A DNA stretch of 64,000 bases from Scenedesmus sp. PABB004 (Eukaryota). Position numbers and translations under genes: made by a program. Of this stretch, positions 39,130 through 51,989 are shown piece by piece. Location: NCBI GenBank assembly GCA_014905635.1, contig CM026548.1:310001-374000 (forward strand). Direction: 5' to 3'. Below the pieces are notes generated by a model that was not told the origin of the DNA, ran no database searches, and saw only the letters and a list, made by a program, of their open reading frames with translations. Position 1 is the stretch's first letter; each line of letters opens with the position of its first letter.

Positions 39130-41954
39130 CTAGTGGTGCCCCGGCCGGATAAACCCGATCAGGCCCGCCACCTGCAGCACGCCGATCACCACCTGCGGCG
39201 GCGCCGGCGGCGGCGGGCCGGGTCGGCGTCCGCGCGCCGCCCGCGCGCGACCCGCCCCGCCCCGCAACGTGCAGGGTTCAGCCGCCCCCTGAGCCCTTGC
39301 GCCCCGGGCCCCCGCACCGCTGCCATGATGAGCCAGATGACGATCCACTCCAGCCACGACATGTGCTGGTTGTTCTGGGGGAGGGAGGGAGGGCGGGGCA
39401 GGGAGAAGGAGGGGAGGGAGAGAGGAGGCCGGCGTGGGCGCGGCGGCCGCGGGCAGGACCAGCCGCCCGCGCTCGGCGGCGGCGCTCTGCCAGCACGCCG
39501 CGGCCGCACCTGGTGGTCCCGCAGCATCTCCAGCATCTCCGCCAGCACGCCGTACCTGGCGGCGGCCGCGGACACGGCGGCGGCGGCGTCGGCGGGCGCG
39601 CGCTGCAGCGGGCCCGTGCGGCGGCGCGCAGCGCGCAGGGGCTGCGCGCGGCAGCGGGCCGGCGGCGGCGCGGCGCTCACCGCGTGTTGAGCACCTCCAC
39701 GCGCGTGTCCAGCTCCAGGTACTCGCACACGCGCTTGTACAGCACCTGCACGCGCGCGCGTGCCGCAGCACGCGCATCATGCGCGCGCGCACACGGCGCG
39801 GGCACGGGCGTCACGCCGCGGCCCCGGCGCGGCCGGTGTGGCGCGCTGGCCGCAGCCCCGCCAGGGCCCGCACGCGCCGGCGCGGCGTGCGCCGCGCCTG
39901 CAGGTGGTCCGGCGCGCTCCAGAAGAACTCTGGCACGTCGAGCACCACGCCCAGCAGGTTGACCGCGGAGCGCTGCAGGAAGACCTGCGCGCACGCGCAA
40001 GCGCGAGGGCGAGGCCGGGAGCGGGTGAGGAGGGGGCGAATGCGCCGTGCCGGGGCGGCCGTGTACGCGCGCACGCGCGTGCAATCACGCCGCCCACCTG
40101 GCCGATGAGGCGGGCGACGGCCTTGCGACTGATATCAACCTTGCCGTGCTCCGCCAGCGCCTCGGGCAGGTCCTTGGTGCAGTCCACCAGGTCCTGCGGC
40201 GGGCGGCGCGGGCGGCGCGGCACGGGCGCGGCGTCGCGGGCGGGGCGCGGGCGGCGCGTGCGCGGGAGGGTCGCGGGGCGCCCAGCGCGCGCGCGCGGCT
40301 GCGGCGCGGGGTGCGCGCCTGCAGGCGCTCCTCGTAGCACCCCAGCAGCGTGCTCTGCGCGAGCGCGTGGCTGATCGCCAGCTTGACCTGCGCGGCGCGG
40401 CGCGGCGCCGGCGCTCGGCCCGCCCGCGCTCGCACGCCCGCTGGCCGCCAGCGCGCCGCGGCCCTGCGTTTGGACGCCCGCCCGCGTGCCGCACGCGGCC
40501 CACGCCGGCCCGCCCCACCCCTGGCCCGCGCGCGCCTGGTGGTCTGCGGCGTAGGTCTTGTTTATCGTTATGACGTCGTTCTGTATGTGGGGCGGTTCGA
40601 TGGTGCTGTAGTGGAACGTGAACCTGGCGGGCGGGCGGCGGGCGGGCGGGCGTTCTAGTCAGCCCGAGGGTTTGTGTCCAAGGGCTAACGCGAGTGGCGT
40701 TTGAGGGGCGGCGCAGGCGAACGGCGCCGCCGCCGCTCGACGCGCGGATGCCCCGGCCCGGCCTCGCTCACTCGTCAATCTCCACCTCATGCAGGTCCAG
40801 CGGCTCCTGCGCGGCGGGCGCGCGGCGCGCGGCGGCGCGTGATGGTGTGAGTGTGACGGCGGCGCGAGCCGCGGCGAGCAGCAGTGCTGGTCCCGGGGGC
40901 CGCGCCTGCTTGCAGGGGTTGACGATGCTCAGCATCACCGCCTGCTCGTCCGCCGCGCTGATGCCCCAGAAAACCACGGTGCCGTACTGCCAAAGGGGCG
41001 GCGGCGGAGGGGCGTCAGCGGCGAGCGGCACCCGCACGCCACGCCGCCGCCGCCGCCGCCGCCGCCGCTCCTCCCCTCGCTGCCATCTCCCGCCGTCCCT
41101 GCCCACCGTCCCTCCCCGCATGCCCCCCCCCTGCCCCTCACATCAAAAAAGAAAATGTCGCCGCTGCTCGGGTCGTCCAGCTTGGGCGTCGCGTGCACCA
41201 CGTCCTGGTACGTGTGCGTCTCGAGCTTGGGGTACCGGGCCTTGAGCAGCGCCTCAACCTGCACGCCGCGCGGGCGGGCGGCGCGTCGGCGTGGGTGAGC
41301 AGCACGGCGCGCCGCGCGGGCGAGCGGCGCGCGGCGGCGTGGGTGAGCAGCGCAGGGGGCGCGCCTTCTTGCGGTCGAGCCCCTCCGCCACGGTCATGGC
41401 GGTGATGCGGCCCTTGCTGCTCGAGCCCTCGCCCTCGAGGTCCTCAAAGATGGTCGGCGCGAGCGGCGCGCGGCCGCCGCCGGGCGCCGCGGCCGCCGCC
41501 GCGCCGCCGCCGCCGCCGACGTGCTCGACGCCGCCGCCGCGCTGCGCGGTCGTGAGCGGCGCGACCGGCCAGTCGCCGCTCGGCGGCGCCGGCGCGGCGG
41601 GCGCGCCGAGCGGGACGAACTTGTCCTTCTGCCGCGCCGCCGCGGGCACCTGCGCATGTCGCCGGCGCGCAGGTCCGGCGGCGGCCGTGAGCAAGCAGCG
41701 GACGTCGCGCCGAGCGTCGGCGCCGCCCCACGCCCTCGCACCGAGCCGATGACCGTGGGACCTCGACGCAGGTCGATGGCTGGGCTGTTTGTGCGGGGCT
41801 TGCCCGTGGATCGCGGGCGCCCGCTGCCGCTGCGCTGCAGGCTGCTCGGCCGCGAGCCGCCGCTGAGCAGGGGCGCGTTCAGCGCCGCGCGCTCGCTGCC
41901 CGGGTCCGCCCCCGCGCCGGAAGACGCGGTCGGGTCGCTGTCCTGCCGCCGCAT
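39130..41954 (-). CDS. RMD1/RMND1 (DUF155) family protein
   Basis: DIFFFD|YGTVVFWG, KLAISHALAQSTLL, VNLLGVVLDVPEFFWS, YLELDTRVEVLN, LEWIVIWLI. Twelve introns, five GC-AG. Confidence 0.93.
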
Positions 41955-42897
41955 GGCGGCGCCTGCGCTGTTCGACCGCCGCTCCCGCTGCTGCCCGGCC
42001 TGCCGCGATCGTGCCGGCGCCTCTCCCGCAGCTGCCTGCGCTGCTACTGCTCGTGGGGGTGGCGTGGGAGTGGCTGCGCCGCCGCGGCGCGGCCAGCCCG
42101 TCGCGGGAGAGCGGCGGTCGCCGGCCAGGGCTCAGGGCAGCGGCGCCGAGAGCCCCGGGCGCGGCCAAGCTGTAGGGCGACCACGGGGGCTGTTGTGCTC
42201 GAGGGCGGGATTACCGCGGCGTCGCCGCCGCGCGGACGCCCGTTCGTCGCTCACCGGCGCAGGACGCAAGCCGGGCGGTGCCTTGGCCACGGCCGCCACC
42301 CCCGCCCCACGCCCAGCGCGGGCCCAGCGCATTCATGGCCGCAACCGCGGCCACCCGCCACGGCGGCCGGCGTCGCACGCGCGCGGTCAAGGAGGGCTGT
42401 GCAGCTCGCCGTGCCCCGCCGTGCCGCGGCGGTGCACGATGGCGCGAGCTGCGCATGCGCGGCCCTGTCGGCCGGCCGCGCGACGCCTGCAGCGGCACAA
42501 GGCTGCGCGTGAGCGTGCACGGCGGCGGCGGCGGCGGCGGCGGTGGCGACAGCGCTGCCAGCGCGGCCAGCGGCCGCCCCACCTGGCACGGCGGGCGCGC
42601 TCGCCGCGCCAGGGTTCCTGGCAGGCGGCGTGCCGCCTGCCCGCACGGGTGGTGATGAGGCAGGCCACCGCCGCTGCGCCGCCGGCGAGGCCACCACCAG
42701 CCGCGCCAGGGGCGCTGGCGGCGCTCGCCGCCGGGCACGGCGGCGCGCTGGACCGCGCGGCGCGGCGCGCCGCGCGCTGCCGCCGGCCGCTGGCGGCGCT
42801 GCCGCCGGCCGCTGGCGGCGGCTCAGGGAAAGGGAACAGCGCTCTCGTGGCCCGGCGCCTCAGGGGCGCCGCCGCCGAGCGCGCTCATGCGCGTTAA

Positions 42898-43397
42898 CTA
42901 AAAAAACATGTCCTTGGCCATGGCCTTGCCATAGAAGCGCTTGTAGTGCTCTCGGTTGAGCCGGCGCGCCTCATCCGGCGACACGCTGCCGTCGGCGACG
43001 CTGCGCGCAGCGGCGGCGGGCGGCTCGGCGCGCGGCGCTGCCGGCCGTCGCACCACGCAGCGCAGCGGCTCGCCCGTCCCGCCGCCGCGGGGCCGCACCG
43101 CGCGCCCTTGTCGCCGCCCGCGCCAGGGACGAGCTGTCCCTCGCGCAGCACGTAGCTGCCGCCCTCGAGCGCCTCGCCCGGCCGGCGCGGGGTGGTGATG
43201 CGCAGGAAGCTGATGCGCGACACTAGCTCCTTGAGGTGCGCCAGCCGCGCCTCGGGGTCGGCCTCGTCGCGCCGCAAGCGCAGCGCCGCCGCCACCTCCG
43301 CGCGGCCCGCCGCCGCGGCGTCCGGCTCCAGCCGCCGCAGCAGGCGCAGCAGCTCGCGGTAGCGGGCCAGCACCTGGGCGCGATGGGCGCCAGGCAT
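42898..43397 (-). CDS. LYR-motif (Complex1_LYR)-like small protein
   Basis: QVLARYRELLRLLRRL..ISFLRITTPR. One GT-AG intron. Ends HYKRFYGKAMAKDMFF*. Confidence 0.7.
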
Positions 43398-43664
43398 GGC
43401 TGGCTCGAGCGCGGGCGTGCGCGTGGCGGGCGGCGCTGGAAGCGGCCAGCGCCGCTGCTGCGGCGCCGGGCGGAGCGCCTGCCTGGCCTGGCTGTCTGGA
43501 TGACTGCGATGCCGGCGATCACAGTGCGTGCGGGCTGCGAAGAGGCGGGCGTGTTACAGCCGCGCCGCCGCACCGCCGCTGCTGACGACGCGGGCGGCAC
43601 GAGGCGCGGCACGGGGCCTCCGTGCTCCCACTGCCTCCTCCTCCCTGACACACCGACCCGCAGC

Positions 43665-44637
43665 ATGGCTACGATGACGCAGGCGCGCACCAGCCGAGGC
43701 GCGGCAGCGGCGCCCGCCGCTGCGGCGCAGTCGCCCGGGCGGCCACCTGCCCGGCGGCGCTGCGCGGTGGCCGCAACGGCGCCCGCCGCTGCTCAGCCGC
43801 TGTGCGTGCCCGGCCGGAGAGCGCCCCGGCGGCGGCGCGCGCGGTGGCAGCAGCCGCAGCCGCTGCCGCCGACAGCGGCGCTGGCGCTGCTGCCGCGGCG
43901 CCGGCGCCGCTGCCGGCGCTGCTGCGCGCCGCCGCCGACGGGCCGCTCGCCGCGCTCAAGGAGTGGGCGCCGCTCTGCGCGGCGGTGGGCGCGGGGGAGC
44001 AGACGCTGCTGCTGCGCAAGGGCGGCATTCGCGAGCCGACGTTCGTCCCGCGCGCCCGGGAGTTTGTGCTGCTGCCCACGGCGTTCCACACCGACGCGCA
44101 GCTGCTCAAGCCGGGCGTCGCCGAGCGCTTCGCAGACGTGCGTGCGCGGCCGCGCGCACGGCGTGCGCGCGCGGCGCCGGCCGACCGCACGGCGCGCGGC
44201 GCCGGCCGACCGCCGCGGCGCCGCGCGCGCAGGCGATGGCGCTGGAGCCGCGCGCGGTGGCGGCGCTGCCGCTGGGCGTGTGGGCGCGCGTGACGGGTGC
44301 GTGGACGACCGCCGACGCGCGCGTGCTCGACGCCGTCGCGCCGCTCGTCGTGACGGGCCCGGGCTTTTTTGACGTGCGGCTGAAGTGGCGGTCGCGCGAG
44401 CCGCTCACGCTGCTCGAGCTGCGCGCGGCCGTGCTGGCGCCGACGCTGCAGCTGCCCGCCAGGGAGGAGTATTTTGGCTGCTTCAGCTGGCTCCAGCTGG
44501 CGCCCGACGAGCTGGCGGCGGCGGGGGACGAGTGGCGGCTGACGCCGGCGCTGAGTGATGGCGCGTTCGCGGACCGGCAGCGGCAGCTGCGCGACGCGCT
44601 CGCGGGGCTGGACGTCGCGCCGCTGGCGCTGCCGTGA
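43665..44637 (+). CDS. DUF1802 family protein, probably plastid-targeted
   Basis: ALKEWAPLCAAVGAGEQTLLLRKGGIRE, FVLLPTAFH, EEYFGCFSWLQL, PALSDGAF. Intron 44138-44232. The N-terminus needs a frame break or an extra intron near 43800. Confidence 0.85.
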
Positions 44638-44768
44638 GTGGGACGCGCGGAGCTGGAACCGGCGGTCGGGGGTGCGACCACGCGGCGGCGCAGCGCGCCT
44701 CCGCCGCCGGGGCACAGCTGAACCGGCGCCGCTCGCAGCTCCCTTTTGGGCAGCAGCCAAACCCTCGA

Positions 44769-44795
44769 CACACACACACACACACACACACACAC
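44769..44795 (+). repeat. (AC)n microsatellite, intergenic
   Basis: Seen directly. Confidence 0.9.
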
Positions 44796-44919
44796 GCGAG
44801 CGGCCGCGGTCCATCTCCCGACCGCAGCCATCGCACAGGCCTGCGCGCCCGCATTGGCCGCCCCGACCGCCCAGGCGCCAGTCGCTCGGCGCCCGGCCTC
44901 TGCGAGCATCCTGCGCGGC

Positions 44920-45879
44920 ATGGCAGCTAGCTGCGCAGCGCGGGCGCGCGCCGGCGCCGCCGCGCCGCGCGCCGCTGCTGCTGCTGTCGCCGCGCCGAGG
45001 CCCGGGCAGGTGAATTGACGCGCGCGCGGGCCCCCACGCGCGCGGCGGCCGCCTCAGGCGCTCGCCTGCACAGCGCAGCCCAGCTCACGCGCCCACTCGC
45101 CCCCGCAGGCCCGCCGCGGCGCGGCCGCGCTGCCCCGCAGCAGCAGCAGCAGCAGCGGCGGCAGCGGCGCCGGCCTCAGCAGCAGGCCCGCCGGCGTGTG
45201 CGGCCGGCCAGCGGGCACGGCGCGGCGGCGCGCCGTCGCGGTGGCCGCGGCCGACGACCGCGCGCCGCCGGGCGGCTCCAAGGCCGGCGGCCTCGCCGCG
45301 CCCAAGCTCAACCCCGTGTACCTCGCCATCATCGGTGGGTCGGGGTTTAGGCTCCCCAGGGCCGGCCCAGGGTTTAGCAGGGCGTTTTCTGGACACGTCC
45401 CGCCGGCGGCGGCGCGGCGCGGGCTCGGCCGCCGCGCACCCGCGCACGCGCGCGCCCGCGCACCCACCCACGCGCGCGCGCCGCGCGGCCCTCCTCCGCG
45501 CGCGCGCAGGCGCGTACGCGGCGCTGCTGGCGTTCCGCAACCCCTACATCTACGCCGTGCTCACCGTCCTCACCATCCTGCCCCAGAACAGCAACGTCAC
45601 GAGCCTCAACAACCTGGTGCGACGCCGCCGCTGCTGCCCCGCCGGCGCGCGCGGGGCGCGCCCCGCCGCGCGCCCAGCACCACCGCCGCCGGCCCGCGCG
45701 CGCCACGCCTGCCCCCCTGCCCCCCTGCCCCCTCCCACACACACACGCGCCCGCCGCAGGTGCTGCTGTTTTACGAGAGCGGGCTGTTTATGAACTTTGC
45801 CGAGGCGGTCACGTGCGTGCGGCTCGTGACGTGGCTGTCGATGGCCTTCATGGTCGGCAGCTTCGCGGTCTTCAAGTGA
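44920..45879 (+). CDS. Small multi-TM hypothetical protein with transit-peptide-like N-terminus
   Basis: Three GT-AG introns (45010-45108, 45335-45509, 45617-45759) join an in-frame protein: RRRAVAVAAA..LNPVYLAIIGAYAALLAFRNPYIYAVLTVL..WLSMAFMVGSFAVFK*. Confidence 0.7.
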
Positions 45880-46741
45880 GACACGCGCTCGCTCACAGCC
45901 CGGGGTGCGATGCACACGTGGTGGCCTCGGCGGCCCGCCCGCCGCGCGCGGCGAGCTGCTGGGCGGCGCCGGCGCCGCCGCCTGGGCGGGGGCCGCGCAG
46001 CGGGAGCGGGCTGGGCCTGTGCGGCAGGGCGGCCGAGGCGCGGGCGCTTTGCGGCAGAGACGAGGGGGGGAGGAGCGCGGGCGTCGTGTGGCTTGTTAAC
46101 ACAGTGCAGGGAGCACAGCAAGTCGCGCGGCAGTGCACCGGGATGATGCGATGAGACCAACCAACCTAAGGCGAGGAGCCTCGCAGCACAGTCCATGCGC
46201 CGCGCCGCCGCCAGCCTGCACGGCGCCAGGTCCGCCAGGCCGCGGGTGCCCGCCGACGCCTGGACGCAACAGAGCTCATGGGGCGTGGATTGCCGAGATA
46301 ACCACCACCACCAAGTCAATTGTGCGGGGCCGCCCCATATTCAGACGGGGCGCGCCGCCCGCCGCCACGCGCACGCCAGGCGGTCGCCCGCACGCCAGCG
46401 CCGACGAGGCCGGAAGCAACGGCGTTGCCGGGGCCAACAGAGTGGAGGCATGCAGGAAGCAGGAAGGCAGCAAGTTTGTGGGGCGCGCTGCTGCCACGCG
46501 GCACAGGGCGGCGGTGACACTCGAGGTTGACACGCGAGCGCGCGCGCAACGCCTAAACCAACAACCCTCCCCCCCTCCCCCTCCCCAGACCGCCCTCCCT
46601 CCTCACAGACGGCCAGACACCTGGTCGCACAGCCGAGAATGGCGGCAAACGTGGCCCACTGGGTCAAGCCTAGTAGTATAATATAGTCCCTCGTTGCCTG
46701 TGCACGCTGCAGCCACTGTTGTTGCGTGCCGCCCGGCAGCA

Positions 46742-48870
46742 TTACGGCCGCCGCTGCTGCTGCTCCTGCTGCAGCGGCGCAGACGCGCGGCGCTCGCGCC
46801 GCTTCGGGGCGCGCTCGGCCGCGCGCGGCGCCTCGGGCGGCCCGGCCAGCTGCGCGGAGGCGCGGCGAGGGTCGCGCTGGCCCGGGTGCTGCGGCGGCGC
46901 CGACACGCGCCGCATCCGGCCCTCGTTCGCGGCCAGCGCCGCCGCGTCCGGCTGCAGCAGCTGCTGCTGCCCGCCGAAGCCACGCAGAACGCTGCCCGGC
47001 GCCGGGCTGCCCAGGCTGAAGCTCTGCGGCGCCTGCAGCTGCGCCAGCTGCGCGGCTACCTGCGACGGCGCCCACGCCTGCGAGCCCGGCGGCATGGAGG
47101 GCAGCCCCGCCGAGCTCGCCGCGGACGAGCCGCCGCTGCCCAGGGTGCCCAGGGCGCCAGGCTGCGCGCCCGCCGCGCCGGGCTGCGCGCCCGCCAGCCC
47201 GCTGGTGCTGCCAGGCCGCGCAAACGCCATCGGCGGCGCCACTTGCGCCTTGGCCGCGTCCGCGATCTGCGCGAGGAGCTGCAGCTGCGACGGGTCGAGC
47301 GCCGCCAGCTCGCCGGACTGGCCGCCCGCCGCGTGCTGCAGCCAGTTGGCCGCGTGGCGGGGCGCGGCGCCGCCGCTGCTGGCCGCCTGGCTGCCGTCGC
47401 CCAGCCCGCCGGAGGGGCTGCCCTCCAGCAGCGTGCCCATGCGGGTCGTGGTCGACCCCAGCTGTGACGCGCTCACCACCTTGCGCGGCCCGCTGCGCTG
47501 CTGCACGTAGTGCCGCGACAGCGCCATCGGCGGCGAGCGCGTCTGCGGCGACGAGCGCCCAAACGCGCCGCCCAACGGCGGCGAGCGCGCGAGCCCCGCC
47601 GGCGAGCCGGGCCGGCTGCGGCCGGCCGGCACCGGCACGGCCGCGGCGCGCGGCGGCGCCGCGCCCATGCCGGCAAAGCGCCCGCGCGCGCTCAGGGTCT
47701 GGCGCGGCGGGGGGGGTGCACCGCCGCGCCCATCGCCGCGGCCGGCAGGCGACCGTTGACAGAGAGCCGCCCGCCCTCGCCGCCCAGTGCCTGGGCACCT
47801 GCCGAGTGGCTGCGCGAGTCCAGCGACAGCCGCGGCCCAAACATGGCGCCCGGCGCCGGCGGCGGCACGTGGCCGCCGCTAACCGCTGCGCCGCCAGTGC
47901 CAGAGGCGGCCGCCGAGCTGACAAACTGCAGCGGCTGCGAGCTGAACGCCGTGCCGCCGCCCGTGCTGCCGGGCCGCGGCAGCGCGCCCGCCGACGTGTC
48001 GAAGCTGGCGCGCTGGCGGGCGGCGGCCGCCGCCGCCGACAGCGAGGCGCCCGACGTGCCCGTCGGCAGGTTGATGCTCGCGCGCTGCTGCGGCACGGCG
48101 GCCGACATGGCGCGCTTGGCCAGCGAGGCCTTGAGCAGCATGACCGCAGCGAGCGCCGCTGCAGAGCCGGTGTGCGCGCTGCCGCCGCCGCTGCGGCTGG
48201 CGCCGGTGCCCGAGCTGTCGGACGGGTCCAGCACTCCGCCGCTGCTGCTGCTGCCGACCGAGGAGCCGCCGTCGTCGTCGTCGCTGTCGGCCGAGAGCCG
48301 CCGCGGCGGCGGCTGGCGCGCCGGGGCCTGCTGCGGCCGGCGCGCGCCCCCGCTGCTGCTGCCCGCGGCGGGCTCAGCCCTCGGCTGGCGCTTGGGCTCC
48401 TCCTCTTCGGGCTGCAGCTGCCAGCGCAGCTTCTTCTGCTGCTGCCGCACCGGCTGCTGCTGGCCCGCGCCCCCAGCCGCCGCCGCGAGCGCCGGCACCG
48501 GCAGCACGTCGCTGTGCGGCAGCGCCGCGCTGTCGACGGCCGCGGCGGTCGCGCCGCCCGCTGTCGCCGAGCCCACGGTCGGCGCGCTCTGCACCGCCGC
48601 GCTGTTGCTGGGCCGCAGGAGCTTGCGCGCCGCACTGCTCAGTCGCTTGCCCATGCTGCCGACGGAGCCCGCCGAGCTGCCAGACTGCAGCTCCAGCTTG
48701 CGCTGCGCGCGCGTCTGCGCCTCCACGTCGCTCGAAGGCTCGCTGTTCCGGCTGCTGCCCGCCGTCGACGGCCGCGCCGCCGGCGGGGCTGGTCCGGGCT
48801 CGCCGGGCTCGCCGGGCTCGCCGGCCGCCGAGCTGAACGGCGTGGCGGTGGCCGCGCTGTGTGCGCTGAG

Positions 48871-48909
<39 letters not shown>

Positions 48910-49614
48910 AGGGCTGCCTGGCGAGACAGGGCTGGGCCCGTGCAGCGCGCCGCCGCCGCTGTAGCTGCCGCCGCCGTGGCCGCCTGGCTGTGGCGAGGCC
49001 GCGTGCTGCGGCAGCACGAGCGCGTCCACCGTGCTGGCAGTGATGCTGATCTGCAGCAGCAGGTGGTCGGGGATGCTGCCGTGCTCCCTGCTGTCCTGCT
49101 GGCCGGCGGCGGCGGCCGCGGCGGCGGCCGCGGTGGCGGCCGCGGCGGCGGCCGCGCGCTGCGCGGCGTCCGCAGGGTGGTGCCGCTGGCGGTGCCGCGC
49201 CAGGTGCTCCTGCTGCTGCTGCTGCTGCTGCGCCAGCGTCAGCGCCGCCGGCCAGGCCGCGGCGCCGCGCGCGGGGGTCCCGCCGGCGCCGCGGCCGCGC
49301 CGTGCGCGGCCGCCTCCGCCACAGGCGCGCTGGCGGCGCTGGCGTCGAGGTGGTGCGCGAAGCTCGCCTCCGGGCCGGGCGCCTGCCCTGCGGCGGAGAC
49401 CGAGCCGTCGCCGCTCTCGGCGCCGTCGGCCGCGCCTGCGCTGCGCGGCCGCGGCTGGGACGGCGAGCCGCCGCCGGTCTCTGCCAGTGGCGTGACGGAC
49501 GTTGCAGACCCCATGATCGCGGAGCCGCTGTCGTCCGCCGCCGCGAGCATCTGCTGCGCCATCGATCGCTGCTGCGACGGCCGCGCCGACGCCTTGAGCG
49601 GCGCCTGCTGCTGC

Positions 49615-49671
<57 letters not shown>

Positions 49672-49713
49672 AGCGGCGGCGGCGGCGGCGGCAGCGCTGG
49701 CTCCTGCTGCTGG

Positions 49714-49746
<33 letters not shown>

Positions 49747-51958
49747 GGCGGCGGCGGCGGCGGCTCCGCCGCAGCGCGGCTAGCAGCGGCAGCGGCAGTG
49801 GCAGTGGCAGTGACAGCGGCTGCCGCCGCTGGGGCCGCCCCGCCACTGCCGGGCAGGCTCGCGGTGCTCACGGCACCGCTGACGGGGTCGGCCAGCGTGG
49901 TGGCTGAGCTCGACGCCGCCGCCGCTGCAGCCGCCGCCCAGGCGAGGCGCTCCCGCATGCGCGACAGCTCGCTCAGAATCTCCTGGAAGGACGGCCGGAT
50001 GCTCGCGTCGCTCTCCCAGCACCTGCGGCGCGGCGCGGCGCGGGACGGCGCGCGCCGTCAGCGCCGCGCCGCCGCCGCGGCCGGGCCCTGGCTGCCGCGT
50101 GACTTGCGTCCCCGCGCGCGCCGCCGCGCTGCGCCGCGCCTGCAGGCGAGCAGCTGGAAGTCAAAGGGACTGTTGTCCGGGAATTGCGGGCGACGCTGGC
50201 GGTACGCGACCTCGTGGCCCAGCAGCGCGCGGGGGACGCCCTTGAACGCGTGGCCGCCGGAGTAGAGCTCCCACAGGAGCACGCCAAACGCGTACACGTC
50301 GCTGCCGCGGCTGAGCTTGCCCTGCAGCATGACCTCCGGAGCCATGTGCGTCATCGTGCCCTGCGCGCGGCGGGAGCGCCAGGGAGCGCGCGGGCCGCTC
50401 AGCCGGCGGCCCGCGGCGCGCAGCCGCGCGTGCAGCGCGCCGCGGCGCCGCCGCGCACCTGGAACACGTTTGACACGTGCGTCGCGGCGGGGTCGATGCG
50501 CATGCTCAGCCCAAAGTCGGCGACCTTGGCCACAAAGGGCCGCCCCTCCGCGCCGCCGCTCGACTTGAGCAGGATGTTGCGCGCCTGCCGGGGCGGGCGG
50601 GCGCGCGCGCGGGCGACGGCGCGCGCTCGGCGGCGGGCGCGCGATCGGCGGCGGGCGCCCGCCGGCCCGGCCCGCGGCGCGGGGCGGCCCGTGGCGCCCA
50701 CGGCGCCCCGGGTCCCTCCCTCCCGCCCGCGCGCGTGCGCGTGCCTTGAGGTCGGAATGGATGATGTTTTCGCTGTGCAGGTGCACCATCGCGCGCGCGA
50801 CGTCCAGCGCGGTGTCCAGGATCAGCTGCATGTCCCGCCCCCCGTCTGCGCGCGGCGCGGCGGCGTGGGTCAGGGGCTCACGCTGCGGCTCACGGCTCAC
50901 GCAGCAGCCGGCCGGCGGCGCGCGGCGGCCGCGGCCGCGCACCCGGCAGCGTGAACGCGGTGCGGCTGTTGAGCAGCTGGCGCAGGCTCCCCTGGTCGCA
51001 GTACTCGAGCACGAGCTGCACCTCCCAGCTGTGCACGCTGTCGACGAGGCCCTCGTTGAGGAAGGCGGCGTTCATGGTGGAGTCGCCGACGCTGCTGCTG
51101 TCCAGCCTGCGCGGCGCGGCGGCGCGGCGGGGCGGTCGTCGGTCCGCGCCCGCGCCCGCCGCCGGCGCGGGGCGCGCGCGCCGCGCCGGCGCCGGCGGCG
51201 CGTGCCTGTGCGCCTCGCCGTCCGCGCCCGGCGTCGTGAGCGTCGCCTCGTGGCCGACCAGCACGGGGCGGAGGTAATAGGTGTACATCTGCACGATGTT
51301 GGGGTGGCTCAGCGACGCGCTGATCGCGGTCTCCATGATCGCCCTGCGCGGCACGCGGCACGCGGCGCGGCGGCGGGCGCGGCGGCGCGCGGTGAGCCGG
51401 GCGCGCGGCGTGATTCGCAGCGCGCGGCGAGCCGGGCGCGCGCCGCGCAAGAGCGCGGCGACGCGCGGCGCAAAGGGCGCGGCGCGGCGCGGCGCAAGCG
51501 CGGCGCGCGTGCGCACATCTTCTCGCGCTTCTCCTTGCCGCTCATGGCCGCGGGGAACATCATGGTCTTCACAGCGACCAGGGTGCCCTTCCAGTAGCCT
51601 GGCGGCGCGGCGCAGCGCGTGGCGCGCGTCGGGCGCGTGCGTGCACGAGCGCACAGCGCCCGCGCTGCGCGGCGGCGATGCCTCGCTCTGCCGCCCCGCC
51701 CGCGGGCACGCCGGCGCCACCGCGCGCCCACCTCTGAAGACCTTGCCAAACGTGCCCTCGCCAAGCACCGACTCGAGCACGAGCGCGTCGTGGCGCGCGA
51801 GGTCGCCCGCCGTCGTGCCGAGGCGCTTCCGCGCGTCCTCAAACACAGCCTGCTTGTGCTGCCCGCGCGCCTGCCCGCCGCCGCCGTCGGCGCCGCCGTC
51901 CTCCGTGATCGTCGTGGTGTTGCCGTCGGTCGCGCCGCCGTTGTACAGGCTCGTGTGC

Positions 51959-51989
<31 letters not shown>

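Noticed and set aside
42000..42897. Possible extra gene between RMD1 and the LYR gene
   Set aside because: Only low-complexity ORFs with no motif or consistent splice pattern; more likely UTR or promoter.
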